IMG/VR virus record: IMGVR_UViG_3300007775_000010
Span: 1-60,816 of that record
Source of the DNA: a virus
Taxonomy: Duplodnaviria > Caudoviricetes
DNA: 60,816 bases
Direction: 5' to 3' (one strand)
Shown piece by piece: positions 45,845-54,316 of this stretch. The stretch's first letter is position 1. Every line of letters begins with the position of its first letter. The position numbers and the translations under genes are program-made. The notes under the pieces are model-generated. The model made no database searches, had not been told where the DNA came from, and was given only the letters and a program-made list of their open reading frames with translations.

Positions 45845-46330
45845 TCACTCGTCCCCCGGCCTTTTCCCGGTCCTCGAGAACCGGTCGAGCTCCTCGTCGG
45901 TCCAGCCCTCGTACCCCGTGATGTTGATGGGGATGGTCTTCTGCACGTCGAGCCCGAGCAGCTTGGCGCGGCGCTCCATGATCTTGATGACCCGGTCAGT
46001 GGCCTGCGTGTCGCCCTTCGAGGCGGCCGACCAGAGCGCGTGCAGGAGAGCGTCGAGACGCTGCAGCTCAAGCTCGAGGGCTTCCGATGCAGGCACCCGA
46101 ATCGCCTCGGCCATGCCGGTCTGCCACGCCTTGTACGCCGCTCCCTTGTCGGCGTAGCCGACCTTCTTGGCAATCTGCTCGAACGTGTGCCCCTGCATGC
46201 GCATCTCGAGGCACTTTATGCGTTTGCGGTGGGCTTCTATGTTCGCCGGCTTCGAGCGCGGCGGGGGCTTCTTGCGGCCCTTCTTGGGGGATGGCTTGGT
46301 TGTCCTCCCTTGGGTTCTCTTAGGCGCCAT
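45845..46330 (-). CDS. terminase small subunit-like HTH protein
   Basis: LEMRMQGHTFEQIAKKVGY...LQRLDAL...ERRAKLLGLD; abuts terL. Confidence 0.75.
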   Translation of the reverse strand: MAPKRTQGRTTKPSPKKGRKKPPPRSKPANIEAHRKRIKCLEMRMQGHTFEQIAKKVGYADKGAAYKAWQTGMAEAIRVPASEALELELQRLDALLHALWSAASKGDTQATDRVIKIMERRAKLLGLDVQKTIPINITGYEGWTDEELDRFSRTGKRPGDE

Positions 46331-46345
46331 GGGCCCGTCTCCGCC

Positions 46346-47008
46346 TCACCCCTGCACCTCGGGCCTGAACTTGGCCGTCCAGATCGTGGAGTCGACGTCG
46401 TCGCTGGACGCCCGTACGGTCGCGAGCTCCCACGGCTGCGCCGGCGGGCACACCTCGACGCGGTCGACTCCCGCCGCGCGGCAGACCACCCGCACGATCG
46501 CGGAGTCTTTCTCGGTGAGCACGACCCGAGCATCCTTCGGCGCGTTCATGACCTGAATGCGGGGCGTGACGATGCCGCGGCCGACTTCACGGTGCTTCTT
46601 GGTGCGCGGCGGAGTCATGCGCCCGTCCATGTCCGGGAATCGCAGCTGCGTGCACACGTTGCCCTGACCGTCCTTGATGGTGCACAACACCCTCCCGGTG
46701 TCCTCGATGCGGATGAGCTCTTGCGACTTGCCTGGGGGTGCGAAGCGGGCGACCTGGGCGCGCTCGACGTTGCGGTGGGCACGCTCGAGGAGAGCCCGGC
46801 CGAGGTACCACTCGAGGGCAACGTCGCCCTTCGCCATGCCGTCAGCCTCGACAGCACGGTCGCCGTCGGTGGCGTACACGAGGGCCCTTCCGTCCCCCAC
46901 GTTCACCGAAACCCACGAGCGATCGTCGTTCTCGTCCTTCGCGGCGAACGCGAGGAGCGCGGCGATCTCGTCGCGGTTGAGGACCAATCCAGACTTGGAG
47001 CAGAGCAC
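46346..47008 (-). CDS. degenerate DNA polymerase III beta-clamp-like protein
   Basis: FAAKDE..R...V.V......YATDGDRA, RFPD; about two clamp domains in length. Confidence 0.5.
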   Translation of the reverse strand: MLCSKSGLVLNRDEIAALLAFAAKDENDDRSWVSVNVGDGRALVYATDGDRAVEADGMAKGDVALEWYLGRALLERAHRNVERAQVARFAPPGKSQELIRIEDTGRVLCTIKDGQGNVCTQLRFPDMDGRMTPPRTKKHREVGRGIVTPRIQVMNAPKDARVVLTEKDSAIVRVVCRAAGVDRVEVCPPAQPWELATVRASSDDVDSTIWTAKFRPEVQG

Positions 47009-47514
47009 TACAGCAGCCTCCCTTCCGTGTAGGGCCACTTTTTCTGCACCACCTTCTTTACCGTGCTTCTTGCCACGTGGAAGTCTGTCGCGACTTGGGT
47101 CAATGTGCGTCCGCTGGCCGCAGCGACTCGGATGTCGAGCACTTGTTCCGCGCTCAACCTAGCTACCCGAACCAGACCGTTCTCGTATGCGCCGGTGCCT
47201 TCAATGGCAGCGGTGACGGTCGGCTTCGATACCTGCAGCAAGCGGGCGATCCTTAGCTTCCCAAGTCCATGTCCATACAGTTCTTTGGCCCGCTGCACCT
47301 GCTCACTGTTAAGCGATGATCCTCGGCCACGTTGTGTGCGGCGCCCCCAGAACTCCCTCTTTCGCCGACAATCGCGAACGAACGCTACGCCAGCCCTCTT
47401 GCACTTTGGGCACGGCTGCTCGCCCGCTTTCAGATGACGCAAGTAACCCGCATGCGTGCCTGTGGCAACCTTGCCCTTGTCGGGACCGTGGCGCACTCTC
47501 GACGAACAAAGCAT
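47008..47514 (-). CDS. DNA-binding protein with an H/C metal motif and two HTH domains
   Basis: GTHAGYLRHLKAGEQPCPKC; RIARLLQVSKPTV; TQVATDFHVARSTVKKV. Confidence 0.7.
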   Translation of the reverse strand: MLCSSRVRHGPDKGKVATGTHAGYLRHLKAGEQPCPKCKRAGVAFVRDCRRKREFWGRRTQRGRGSSLNSEQVQRAKELYGHGLGKLRIARLLQVSKPTVTAAIEGTGAYENGLVRVARLSAEQVLDIRVAAASGRTLTQVATDFHVARSTVKKVVQKKWPYTEGRLL

Positions 47515-48002
47515 CAGTCCTCCTCGTCCTCGGTGCCATCCTCGCCGTCGTCGAGTTCGAGGGCGTGAGCGAGCACCCGGGGATCGTCGAGCATGTCGCC
47601 CATTCCCACGCGTTCGATCTGTCGGACCCGCTCACGGGTGACGTTCAGGTAGCCCATTGTGGCGTCGAGCGAGTGCGCCCCCTGGTCTGCCACGTCGAGC
47701 GAGCAGCTCTCCTCCATGTCGCCGGGCTCGATGTCGGGGAAGTTGAGGCGGATGTTCCCGTTCTGCCGGACGTCGAGGTACAGGTGGTGCTTGCATCCGA
47801 CGTATGGGCAGGGGCGGGGGACGTTCGAGCATTCTTCTCGCGTCTTGGGGCGCCAGTAGAACACCTGCTGCGCGTCGCGCTCGCTCGCCAGGACCGTGAG
47901 ACGGCGCGCGGAGAGCTTCTTCCGAGGCACTACCTCGGTATTGCGCGGCTGGTACTTGCGCCGCGTGCGTGCTGGCGCTGGTGATGACACGGGGGCTTGC
48001 AT
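47514..48002 (-). CDS. Cys-rich zinc domain plus sigma-70 region 4 HTH regulator
   Basis: [17 protein letters not shown]...CSLDVAD...LNVTRERVRQIE. Confidence 0.8.
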   Translation of the reverse strand: MQAPVSSPAPARTRRKYQPRNTEVVPRKKLSARRLTVLASERDAQQVFYWRPKTREECSNVPRPCPYVGCKHHLYLDVRQNGNIRLNFPDIEPGDMEESCSLDVADQGAHSLDATMGYLNVTRERVRQIERVGMGDMLDDPRVLAHALELDDGEDGTEDEED

Positions 48003-48007
48003 AGAGT

Positions 48008-48439
48008 CTAGCCCGCCTCCTCGTACAAGTCAGGTTGCGCAGCTGCGGCCGCTCGCTTCTCGCGTTCGGATTGACGCTTCCGTTTGCGCTCTTCGAGATG
48101 CGACTCCCATGCCGCTTCGAAGTCGAGATGCAGCTTGGAAAGCGCGGTGCCTTTGACCACGGTGGACGTACAGTGCTCCGCCAGCTGTTTTGCGTCGTCG
48201 CCCATCTCTCCAGCGAACGCGCGATCGAACAGCCCCTTGCGGGCAGCGGCTTCGTGCTTCTTCTGCTGCCGCTTGAGATGTTGCTCGAAACGGTCGCGCC
48301 CCTCGTCTAGGCGCGCCTCGTACTTCTGCGCCGAGTACCAAAGATCGATGAGCATCGAGACCAACTTCGGGTCATGAACAGCGTCCAGCTTCTTCCGCTG
48401 ATAGTCGGGCATGTGGTGCGGATACTCGGGTCTTTCCAT
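48008..48439 (-). CDS. hypothetical protein downstream of the initiator gene
   Basis: Helical charged ORF in the operon. Confidence 0.6.
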   Translation of the reverse strand: MERPEYPHHMPDYQRKKLDAVHDPKLVSMLIDLWYSAQKYEARLDEGRDRFEQHLKRQQKKHEAAARKGLFDRAFAGEMGDDAKQLAEHCTSTVVKGTALSKLHLDFEAAWESHLEERKRKRQSEREKRAAAAAQPDLYEEAG

Positions 48440-48443
48440 TGGG

Positions 48444-49337
48444 TTACCGTTTCGGCAGTGACGCAATCTTGGCGGCGAGCGCGTCGTGCTTAGGGTCTCT
48501 CGATGTTCGGGCGAGGGCTTGCTCGTGCTCCGAGCCCGGGGCAGGCGTCTTGCCGCGGTCGTTCATCACCGCGACGCGCAGGTAGTTCGTCAGCCGCTCC
48601 GCCGGCCATCGCTTCTGCTCGGCGCAGAGCTTGCCGGCAATGCGCGTGACCACTTGCTCGGCGACATCGCGACGAGCACCAGCCATCTCGCATCCAGAGA
48701 AGAATTGCTCGCCCAACCACGCGACGATCTCGCTCGGCTTTGGGCAAACCAAATGGCTCGTAACAGCGTCCTCGTCCTCCTCCGTCGCTGCATTACGCGC
48801 GCTAACTGACAGGTCTTTAGGAAGAGGATTACTGGCTAAAATAGATCCGGAGCCGGTACCGGAGCCGGATCCAGACGCGCGCGGGGCTGGCTCGGCTGGA
48901 CCAGCCGGCTGGTGCTTCGGCTGGAACCTGCCGGCTGGTCCGCGGCTGGCTCGGCTGGCTCGTGCTTTGCCACCCAGCTGGCTAGGTGTCGGCTGGTTCG
49001 GCTGGTCCAGCCGGCTGGGTTCGGCTGGTGATGGCGGCCCTGTTCCCTTCTGCCCGTACCGCTCCGCCCAGTCGACGAGTACGTAGCTGTCGCCCTCCTG
49101 GCGCCAGAGCCCGACCCGCAGGAGCGCTTTGGCGTACGCCCGCCCCTTCGGGTCAGGGAAGAGCGTCAGCGCCACCTTGACCGGGAAGCGGTCCACGGGC
49201 TCGCCCGCTTTCTCGCGGGCCTCCTGGCGCCGCCTGCAGTAGCAGTGCGCGTAGTCATGCCAAGCCGAGGCGGCGATGCCGGCCTCGATGCGCCGCTCGT
49301 CCTCGTTGGCGTGGTCGTCCAGGAAGACCCAAGTCAT
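48444..49337 (-). CDS. putative phage replication initiator
   Basis: MTWVFLDD...AG..A...YC...LLRVGLW...DW N-terminal domain; iteron-coded low-complexity linker. Confidence 0.65.
   Translation of the reverse strand: MTWVFLDDHANEDERRIEAGIAASAWHDYAHCYCRRRQEAREKAGEPVDRFPVKVALTLFPDPKGRAYAKALLRVGLWRQEGDSYVLVDWAERYGQKGTGPPSPAEPSRLDQPNQPTPSQLGGKARASRASRGPAGRFQPKHQPAGPAEPAPRASGSGSGTGSGSILASNPLPKDLSVSARNAATEEDEDAVTSHLVCPKPSEIVAWLGEQFFSGCEMAGARRDVAEQVVTRIAGKLCAEQKRWPAERLTNYLRVAVMNDRGKTPAPGSEHEQALARTSRDPKHDALAAKIASLPKR
48800..49030. repeat. putative replication origin: about 11 CGGCTGG iterons plus an adjacent AT-rich tract
   Basis: CGGCTGG at 48893, 48906, 48918, 48932, 48943, 48952, 48990, 48999, 49012, 49022; palindrome CCAGCCGGCTGG twice; AT-richer 48800-48850. 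Confidence 0.65.
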
Positions 49338-49786
49338 CCGGTGAGCGCCTCCTTGTCGTCGGTTGCGACCAGCGCTCCCGCTTTGGCGACGCCAGGGCCC
49401 ACCTCGAGGGACGTGAGCAGCGCGTCGAGCCGCGCGGCCAGGGTAGCGTTTACGGCGCGCATCTCGTTGACGCGCCGAACCCCGGACATTGCCGTGGTGT
49501 GATCCCTGTTGCCCACGGCGCGGCCTATCTCGGGGTAGGAGAGCCCGCGATGCCAGAGCAGCCAATACGCGGCGAGGCGGGCTAGTGCGACCGTCTTGGA
49601 GCGCCCACGCCCCTTGATGTCGTCCACCGGGACGTCAAACCGGAGCGACACGGCGCGCAGTATCGCGTCAGCGCGGGGTGTGATGTCGCTCGCGCGCTCC
49701 ATGGCCTTCGCTTGCCACTGCAGCCGGCGCATCTGTCGCATCTGTCGCTGCGCCTGGTCCCGGTGCCAACGGTCCGTTTCGGTCAT
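49334..49786 (-). CDS. stand-alone DnaA C-terminal (domain IV) HTH protein
   Basis: RSKTVALARLAAYWL...LSYPEIGRAVGNRDHTTAMSGVRRV. Confidence 0.85.
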   Translation of the reverse strand: MTETDRWHRDQAQRQMRQMRRLQWQAKAMERASDITPRADAILRAVSLRFDVPVDDIKGRGRSKTVALARLAAYWLLWHRGLSYPEIGRAVGNRDHTTAMSGVRRVNEMRAVNATLAARLDALLTSLEVGPGVAKAGALVATDDKEALTG

Positions 49787-50028
49787 GACCGCGTCCTCCG
49801 TCTCCGCTTGCCGCGCTTGACGGCGGGTGGCAGGTCTTGGGGCTTGATCTGTCGGCGAGCTATCTCCTCGAGGGACGGAACGAACACGCTGCGCGGAGGC
49901 AGCACTGTGATTCGAACATCCTCGACATGACCAACCGTGCGACCGTCGACCCGGATCTCTGCGTTGCGCTGCTTGATGTACGCCTCGGCGTCGCGCTGGG
50001 CCCGCAGGTATCGCTTGACGGTCATCAT
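49783..50028 (-). CDS. hypothetical protein
   Basis: ATGA coupling on both sides. Confidence 0.55.
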   Translation of the reverse strand: MMTVKRYLRAQRDAEAYIKQRNAEIRVDGRTVGHVEDVRITVLPPRSVFVPSLEEIARRQIKPQDLPPAVKRGKRRRRTRS

Positions 50029-50633
50029 GCCGCGCGCCTCCGTCGCTTGGGCACCTCGGGAGGAGGAGGCAGCGCGAGCGCGTAGCCTCCGAGGCCGCTC
50101 AGCAGCCAGTTCGCCACGACGAAGGCGTCGGCCTGGTCAGCGCTCCAGTCGTCAGGCATGCCCATGGTCCGCAGCGTTTGAAAGACCACGTCCTTCTGTT
50201 TCGGCGGCTTCGGCCCGCCTTTCTTCGCGCGCGTCGGTGGAAGCTTTCCAAGCAGGAGCTTGCGCGCCGTCGCCGGCGCCACGGCGACGATCGACAGACC
50301 CAGGGCGTGCCGCAGTGCGGCCTTGACCAGTCCACCGAGCTCGCCGATCGCGTGCGTGTGACTTCGCCCCGGGACGGACCGCATGGCGTACTGCTCGACG
50401 ACGAGATGGGTCGGGCGGTGGTCCTTCGCGAACGCGAGCACCGAGTTGGAGATCTTGACGATCCGCTCAATGCGCTCGTTCTCCGTGGCGTCTCGCGGAA
50501 TCTTCGGCTCGAGCTTGCCTCTGTGAATGCTCGACCAGTTACCGTCCCAGTCACCCGCCATGAGCACGAGGCCCGTGGCGGTTAGGCTGAGATCGAGCCC
50601 GAGTACACGCGGTGTCTCGATGACCGCGCCCAT
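50025..50633 (-). CDS. ruvC: RuvC-like Holliday junction resolvase
   Basis: VLGLDLSLTATG, LVVEQY, ELGGLVK, DQADA. Confidence 0.85.
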   Translation of the reverse strand: MGAVIETPRVLGLDLSLTATGLVLMAGDWDGNWSSIHRGKLEPKIPRDATENERIERIVKISNSVLAFAKDHRPTHLVVEQYAMRSVPGRSHTHAIGELGGLVKAALRHALGLSIVAVAPATARKLLLGKLPPTRAKKGGPKPPKQKDVVFQTLRTMGMPDDWSADQADAFVVANWLLSGLGGYALALPPPPEVPKRRRRAA

Positions 50634-50636
50634 TCG

Positions 50637-51416
50637 CTACTCCGCCGCCTGGGTGCCCGGGATGGAGGTTTGCGCCGCGACCCACTCGAACCCAGTGTCG
50701 ACCTGCTCGGAGAGCTCGGCGATCACCTCCTCGAGGGTGTGGATCTCCTCGTTGAAGATCTTGTTGGCGCGGGTCTTCTCTTTGACCTTCTTCTGCAGCT
50801 TCCGCTCTTGCTTCGCGAGCTCGCGACCGCGCTTCGTGATGTCTTCCTCCGAGAGTTCGCGCTGCACCTGACCGGTGCGGTCGGGCCCTTCCTTCTCCTC
50901 GGGTGGTTCCGAGCGGCCCTTCTTCTTGCCGCTTCGCGTCTTGGGACTGGGGGTGGGGCTCTTCTTTGCCTTCTTGGCTGCCATGTCTCTCTCCTCGGTT
51001 GTGGCGGGCGTGCCGCCGGTCATCGGTGGGGTGCAGTCGTCTCCGTAGACGCCGTCACCGGGTGCGGCATCGGGGTCCTCGTCGCGGTAGCGGGCGAGAC
51101 ATCGCTCCGTCTCGCCCATTGGCTGGTAGGTGCCGGGAGCGGGCGAAGGCTTGCGGGGTATCTTCCGCGGGGGAGTGCCGCGCTCACACCACGGGCAGCT
51201 CAGTGGCTTCTCCGCGGCGACGCCGTGCGCCTCGCAGTAGTACGGGCAGCGCTTCGTTGGCCAGTTGGCGAGCTGCACCACACCGGCGCCAGACCATCTC
51301 GGGTCCATGTAGTAGAGGACCGGCTTCGGGCAGCACTGCCCATTGGTTGGGGCCTCGAGGCACTTGTCGCAGCCCGGCTCCATGCCGCGTCGGATGGCGT
51401 ACTCGGCTCCGAACAT
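50637..51416 (-). CDS. hypothetical protein with a Cys-rich N-terminal half and a Lys-rich coiled-coil C-terminal half; strong internal start at 50984
   Basis: Continuous ORF; GAGGAGAGAGAC-ATG at 50984. Confidence 0.55.
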   Translation of the reverse strand: MFGAEYAIRRGMEPGCDKCLEAPTNGQCCPKPVLYYMDPRWSGAGVVQLANWPTKRCPYYCEAHGVAAEKPLSCPWCERGTPPRKIPRKPSPAPGTYQPMGETERCLARYRDEDPDAAPGDGVYGDDCTPPMTGGTPATTEERDMAAKKAKKSPTPSPKTRSGKKKGRSEPPEEKEGPDRTGQVQRELSEEDITKRGRELAKQERKLQKKVKEKTRANKIFNEEIHTLEEVIAELSEQVDTGFEWVAAQTSIPGTQAAE

Positions 51417-52192
51417 CAGCCGCGGCCCCGGTCAGGTTGACAGAACAGATCCCACGTTCGCGGGAACCGGTCGGCGACCATTTCACCAACAGCGCTAGCG
51501 TACTGACGGATCTCCCACTGCGCGTTGGAAGCCATGCGCAGCGTCAGGAACGCCAGCCAGTTGCGCAGGTTCGCGCTCGCGCGCATCCGTGAGTATCGCC
51601 CCACTGGTAATAGGATTCGTGCGAGCTCCTTTGGAACCCCATCATCGAGCGCTGCTTCGTATCCGGTCTGAAGCGCGTCGTAGCCCACAATGAGAGCTTC
51701 TCGAAAGCGATCGGCTGCCCTAACTGTCAGCTCTCGAGCTCCCGCCGCGGTGCCAGCCTGCTTCGTGAGATGCCCGCCGCCGGCCAGGAGTCGCTCGATC
51801 GTGGGCACGTAGTTGAGATTCGGTAGCGGAGCGTAGCGAGCGCTCATCTCGTTGTAGCTCTGCGTCCGGTGCCGATGCCATTCCCGGAAGACGAAGATCG
51901 GCGCTTGCACCTCGATGACAAGGCCGGCCATCTCGAACGGGGTCGCGTGGTTGTTCCGGTACAGGAATGCGAGGAGCTTCTCGTCGCCCGGCACCTTCAC
52001 GGTTTCGCTCTCGGTATGACGCTCGTCGTCACAACGACCGTCCGTCTTGCCGCAAGAGCCGCAGGCATACTTCGGCCCCCAACCCTCGAACCCCTTCTGC
52101 GTCGACATGCGGGCGGCCTCGATGATCCGCTCATCGGAGCCCCAAGACTCGACCAGCTCGACGTAACCGTGATCCAGGACGTCGATTCTCAC
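51416..52192 (-). CDS. thyX: FAD-dependent thymidylate synthase
   Basis: HATPFE, RHRTQSYNEMSARY, KELARILLP, NLRNWLAFLTLR, AQWEIR. Confidence 0.95.
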   Translation of the reverse strand: MRIDVLDHGYVELVESWGSDERIIEAARMSTQKGFEGWGPKYACGSCGKTDGRCDDERHTESETVKVPGDEKLLAFLYRNNHATPFEMAGLVIEVQAPIFVFREWHRHRTQSYNEMSARYAPLPNLNYVPTIERLLAGGGHLTKQAGTAAGARELTVRAADRFREALIVGYDALQTGYEAALDDGVPKELARILLPVGRYSRMRASANLRNWLAFLTLRMASNAQWEIRQYASAVGEMVADRFPRTWDLFCQPDRGRG

Positions 52193-52566
52193 GACTGCAC
52201 CTCACGCTCGACACGCTCGATCATCCGCTGCAGCGCCGACGCATCCCAGCCACTGCGGTGATACAGGAAGAGCTCACGGAGCACGTCGCCAAGAAGGCCG
52301 CGATCGACCAGGGCAACGGCGCGCCCGGCATCGAACCACGCCTTGAGGCTCTCGTGTCCTGAACCTTTCTGCGGCCGCCCGGTCTCTCGCCTCAGATACC
52401 AAAGAGCCTTCTCGAGATCCTGGCGCTCCGCGCCCTTCTGGCCGGAGCGCCACAGGTACTTCACCGCGTTGCCCAGGTTGAACCCGATGTGCTCGCACAC
52501 ATCAATGGCCTCGACCCCGGACGGGTGTGCGTTGTAGTGAGGCGGGTGATTGACAGGGTCGCTCAT
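52189..52566 (-). CDS. DUF3310 domain protein
   Basis: DPVNHPPHY...EAID...FNLGNAVKYLWR...DLEKALWYL. Confidence 0.88.
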   Translation of the reverse strand: MSDPVNHPPHYNAHPSGVEAIDVCEHIGFNLGNAVKYLWRSGQKGAERQDLEKALWYLRRETGRPQKGSGHESLKAWFDAGRAVALVDRGLLGDVLRELFLYHRSGWDASALQRMIERVEREVQS

Positions 52567-52811
52567 CGCTTACGGTGCTCCTCGGCTTGTGGACACGTGA
52601 CGAAATGCGAGACGTACCGCCGCCCCGAGTCGAAGCCGAGGGCGACCTGCCCGGCTGTCGGCCCCCGGCGGCTCACGTGCGCGACGCTATGCGCGTCGAC
52701 GTAGACGTTGCCGTCGTCGCGCGGCTCGGGGTCGAGCGGGATAGGTCGCCCGTTCTCGGTGCGGGCCCAGAGCAGCGGGGCGCCGCATGATGTGCAGGTC
52801 CCTCGGTTCAC
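52563..52811 (-). CDS. small zinc-finger phage protein
   Basis: [10 protein letters not shown]...PLDPEP...SHFVTCP. Confidence 0.75.
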   Translation of the reverse strand: MNRGTCTSCGAPLLWARTENGRPIPLDPEPRDDGNVYVDAHSVAHVSRRGPTAGQVALGFDSGRRYVSHFVTCPQAEEHRKR

Positions 52812-53329
52812 TGTGAGTGCTCCCGAAGCACCGGTAGGTGCCTACTCTGCATGATCTTCGAACACGCGATCTCCTGCAGCTGGCGAGCGCGCTCGCGCGT
52901 CACGTTGAGTAGCGCCGCTACCTGCTCAAGCTTCGCTCCGCCGCGATCCGCAACGTCGAGCGCGCATGTAACGCCGAGCTCGTGCACTTCGACGTCGGGA
53001 AAGTTGAACTTGATCGACCCGTTCGAAGAGACATCTAGATACAGGTGATGCTTGCAGGATACCCACGGACAGGGGCGTTGACCGTACTGGCAGTCTCGAC
53101 GAACCTTCGGACGCCTCGGTCCTGTTTCAGGCGCCGGGGGATTCAGGCGCTCCAGGCGATTCAGGCGCTCCAGTTCCCGCCGCGGTACGGTCACGGCGCG
53201 GCTGCCATGCTTTCGGATGGATCGCGCGCGGTAGTACTCGATGTGGTGCCGGCAGTAGTTCTTTCCCGGTTCGACATGCGATGAGCAATTGAGGCAGACC
53301 CCATCGACGCGGTCGGCAGTCCTGTGCAT
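52808..53329 (-). CDS. second Cys-rich plus sigma-70 region 4 regulator (paralog of 47514-48002)
   Basis: [16 protein letters not shown]...CALDVAD...[12 protein letters not shown]; extra N-terminal CxxC...CxxH. Confidence 0.8.
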   Translation of the reverse strand: MHRTADRVDGVCLNCSSHVEPGKNYCRHHIEYYRARSIRKHGSRAVTVPRRELERLNRLERLNPPAPETGPRRPKVRRDCQYGQRPCPWVSCKHHLYLDVSSNGSIKFNFPDVEVHELGVTCALDVADRGGAKLEQVAALLNVTRERARQLQEIACSKIMQSRHLPVLREHSQ

Positions 53330-53526
53330 CACGAGCACCCCTCCTCCGGCCGCGGCAGGAACCATGCCCAGGCGCGAATCCGAAACTCGATCTGCGCCTC
53401 CGCGGCGCAGGTGTCCGGAGCGGCAACACAGTCGAGGCAACGCTCCGAATCGCCCGAAAAGCAATCAAGCGACATCCGCCCGAGACAGGCCACGCACATC
53501 CGGCGCTCGCAGTCGATGAGACTCAA
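53329..53526 (-). CDS. small Cys-rich hypothetical protein
   Basis: CVAC, CLDC; coupled on both sides. Confidence 0.55.
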   Translation of the reverse strand: MSLIDCERRMCVACLGRMSLDCFSGDSERCLDCVAAPDTCAAEAQIEFRIRAWAWFLPRPEEGCS

Positions 53527-54041
53527 AGCCCTGCCTCCTCAATCCGCCCGCGAATCACCCAGCCGAGATCGCTTAGAAACCGTGGAGCTATCGGATCGCG
53601 GCGCAGGTAGGAGTCGACCGCGTCGAGTACAATGGATGCACGCGCGTTGTCCTCGTGCTCGCGCATGCGTGGTGTATTGAGCACGCCGATCACCGGCGGC
53701 ACGCTCAAGCCTTCCGCGGTATGCGCCTCGAAGATCGGGCGCCCATCGTCGTCGACAAGGCATTCGTCGAGCTCGTGGGCGAGCATCCTGAGGAGCGCCG
53801 TGCGGATCTGCGTCGGGACGTCGATGTAGCTCTCCGGTCGTATCTCGTTGCAGAAGATGATCCGAAGCGGTTCACCTGAGGTGCGCTCTTTGACCTCAAC
53901 CTCGACCCTCAGCGTTTCGGCTGGCCGCAGCTCGTTTAACCAGCTGTTGCCCAGACCGATCGCCCGCACAGCGATGCTGAGCGGTAGCAGCCACACACCG
54001 TCGGTGATGTGGTGGCGCGAGTCGCGCGGGTCACCGCTCAT
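53523..54041 (-). CDS. hypothetical protein (HELDE motif)
   Basis: ATGA coupling. Confidence 0.6.
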   Translation of the reverse strand: MSGDPRDSRHHITDGVWLLPLSIAVRAIGLGNSWLNELRPAETLRVEVEVKERTSGEPLRIIFCNEIRPESYIDVPTQIRTALLRMLAHELDECLVDDDGRPIFEAHTAEGLSVPPVIGVLNTPRMREHEDNARASIVLDAVDSYLRRDPIAPRFLSDLGWVIRGRIEEAGL

Positions 54042-54316
54042 GCGGCCCCCCTGGCGCACGTGCGGCACAGGCAGCCGTCCACCGCGCATCCCGCACAGAT
54101 CGGGATAGCGCAGTAGCCGCACCGAAACTGAGTGACGTCGCCGGCGCCGCAGCTCGGGCACCGGTGCTCCCTGGCGGCACGGACGCGGCGCTCAGTGTCA
54201 GCCCGCGCTGCCAGCTGGCGAATCTGCGCTGCGCGGCTATCGACGAGTGCGATCACGACGGACCCGACCAGCAGGCAGCCGGCGAGGATTGCGAGGAGGG
54301 TGATGCCGTCGGTCAC
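54038..54316 (-). CDS. membrane-anchored zinc-finger protein
   Basis: N-terminal TM helix followed by four CxxC pairs. Confidence 0.6.
   Translation of the reverse strand: MTDGITLLAILAGCLLVGSVVIALVDSRAAQIRQLAARADTERRVRAAREHRCPSCGAGDVTQFRCGYCAIPICAGCAVDGCLCRTCARGAA

Noticed and set aside
48884-49030. Possible CRISPR array or mini-array
   Set aside because: The repeats are 7-mers with irregular short spacing inside a CDS; no 25-40 bp repeats with unique spacers and no cas genes
52683-52712. Additional copy of the late promoter -10 box (TAGCGTcgc)
   Set aside because: Lies inside a CDS and lacks TTCG at the 19-nt spacing; similar partial matches near 35211 and 7555 were rejected for the same reason
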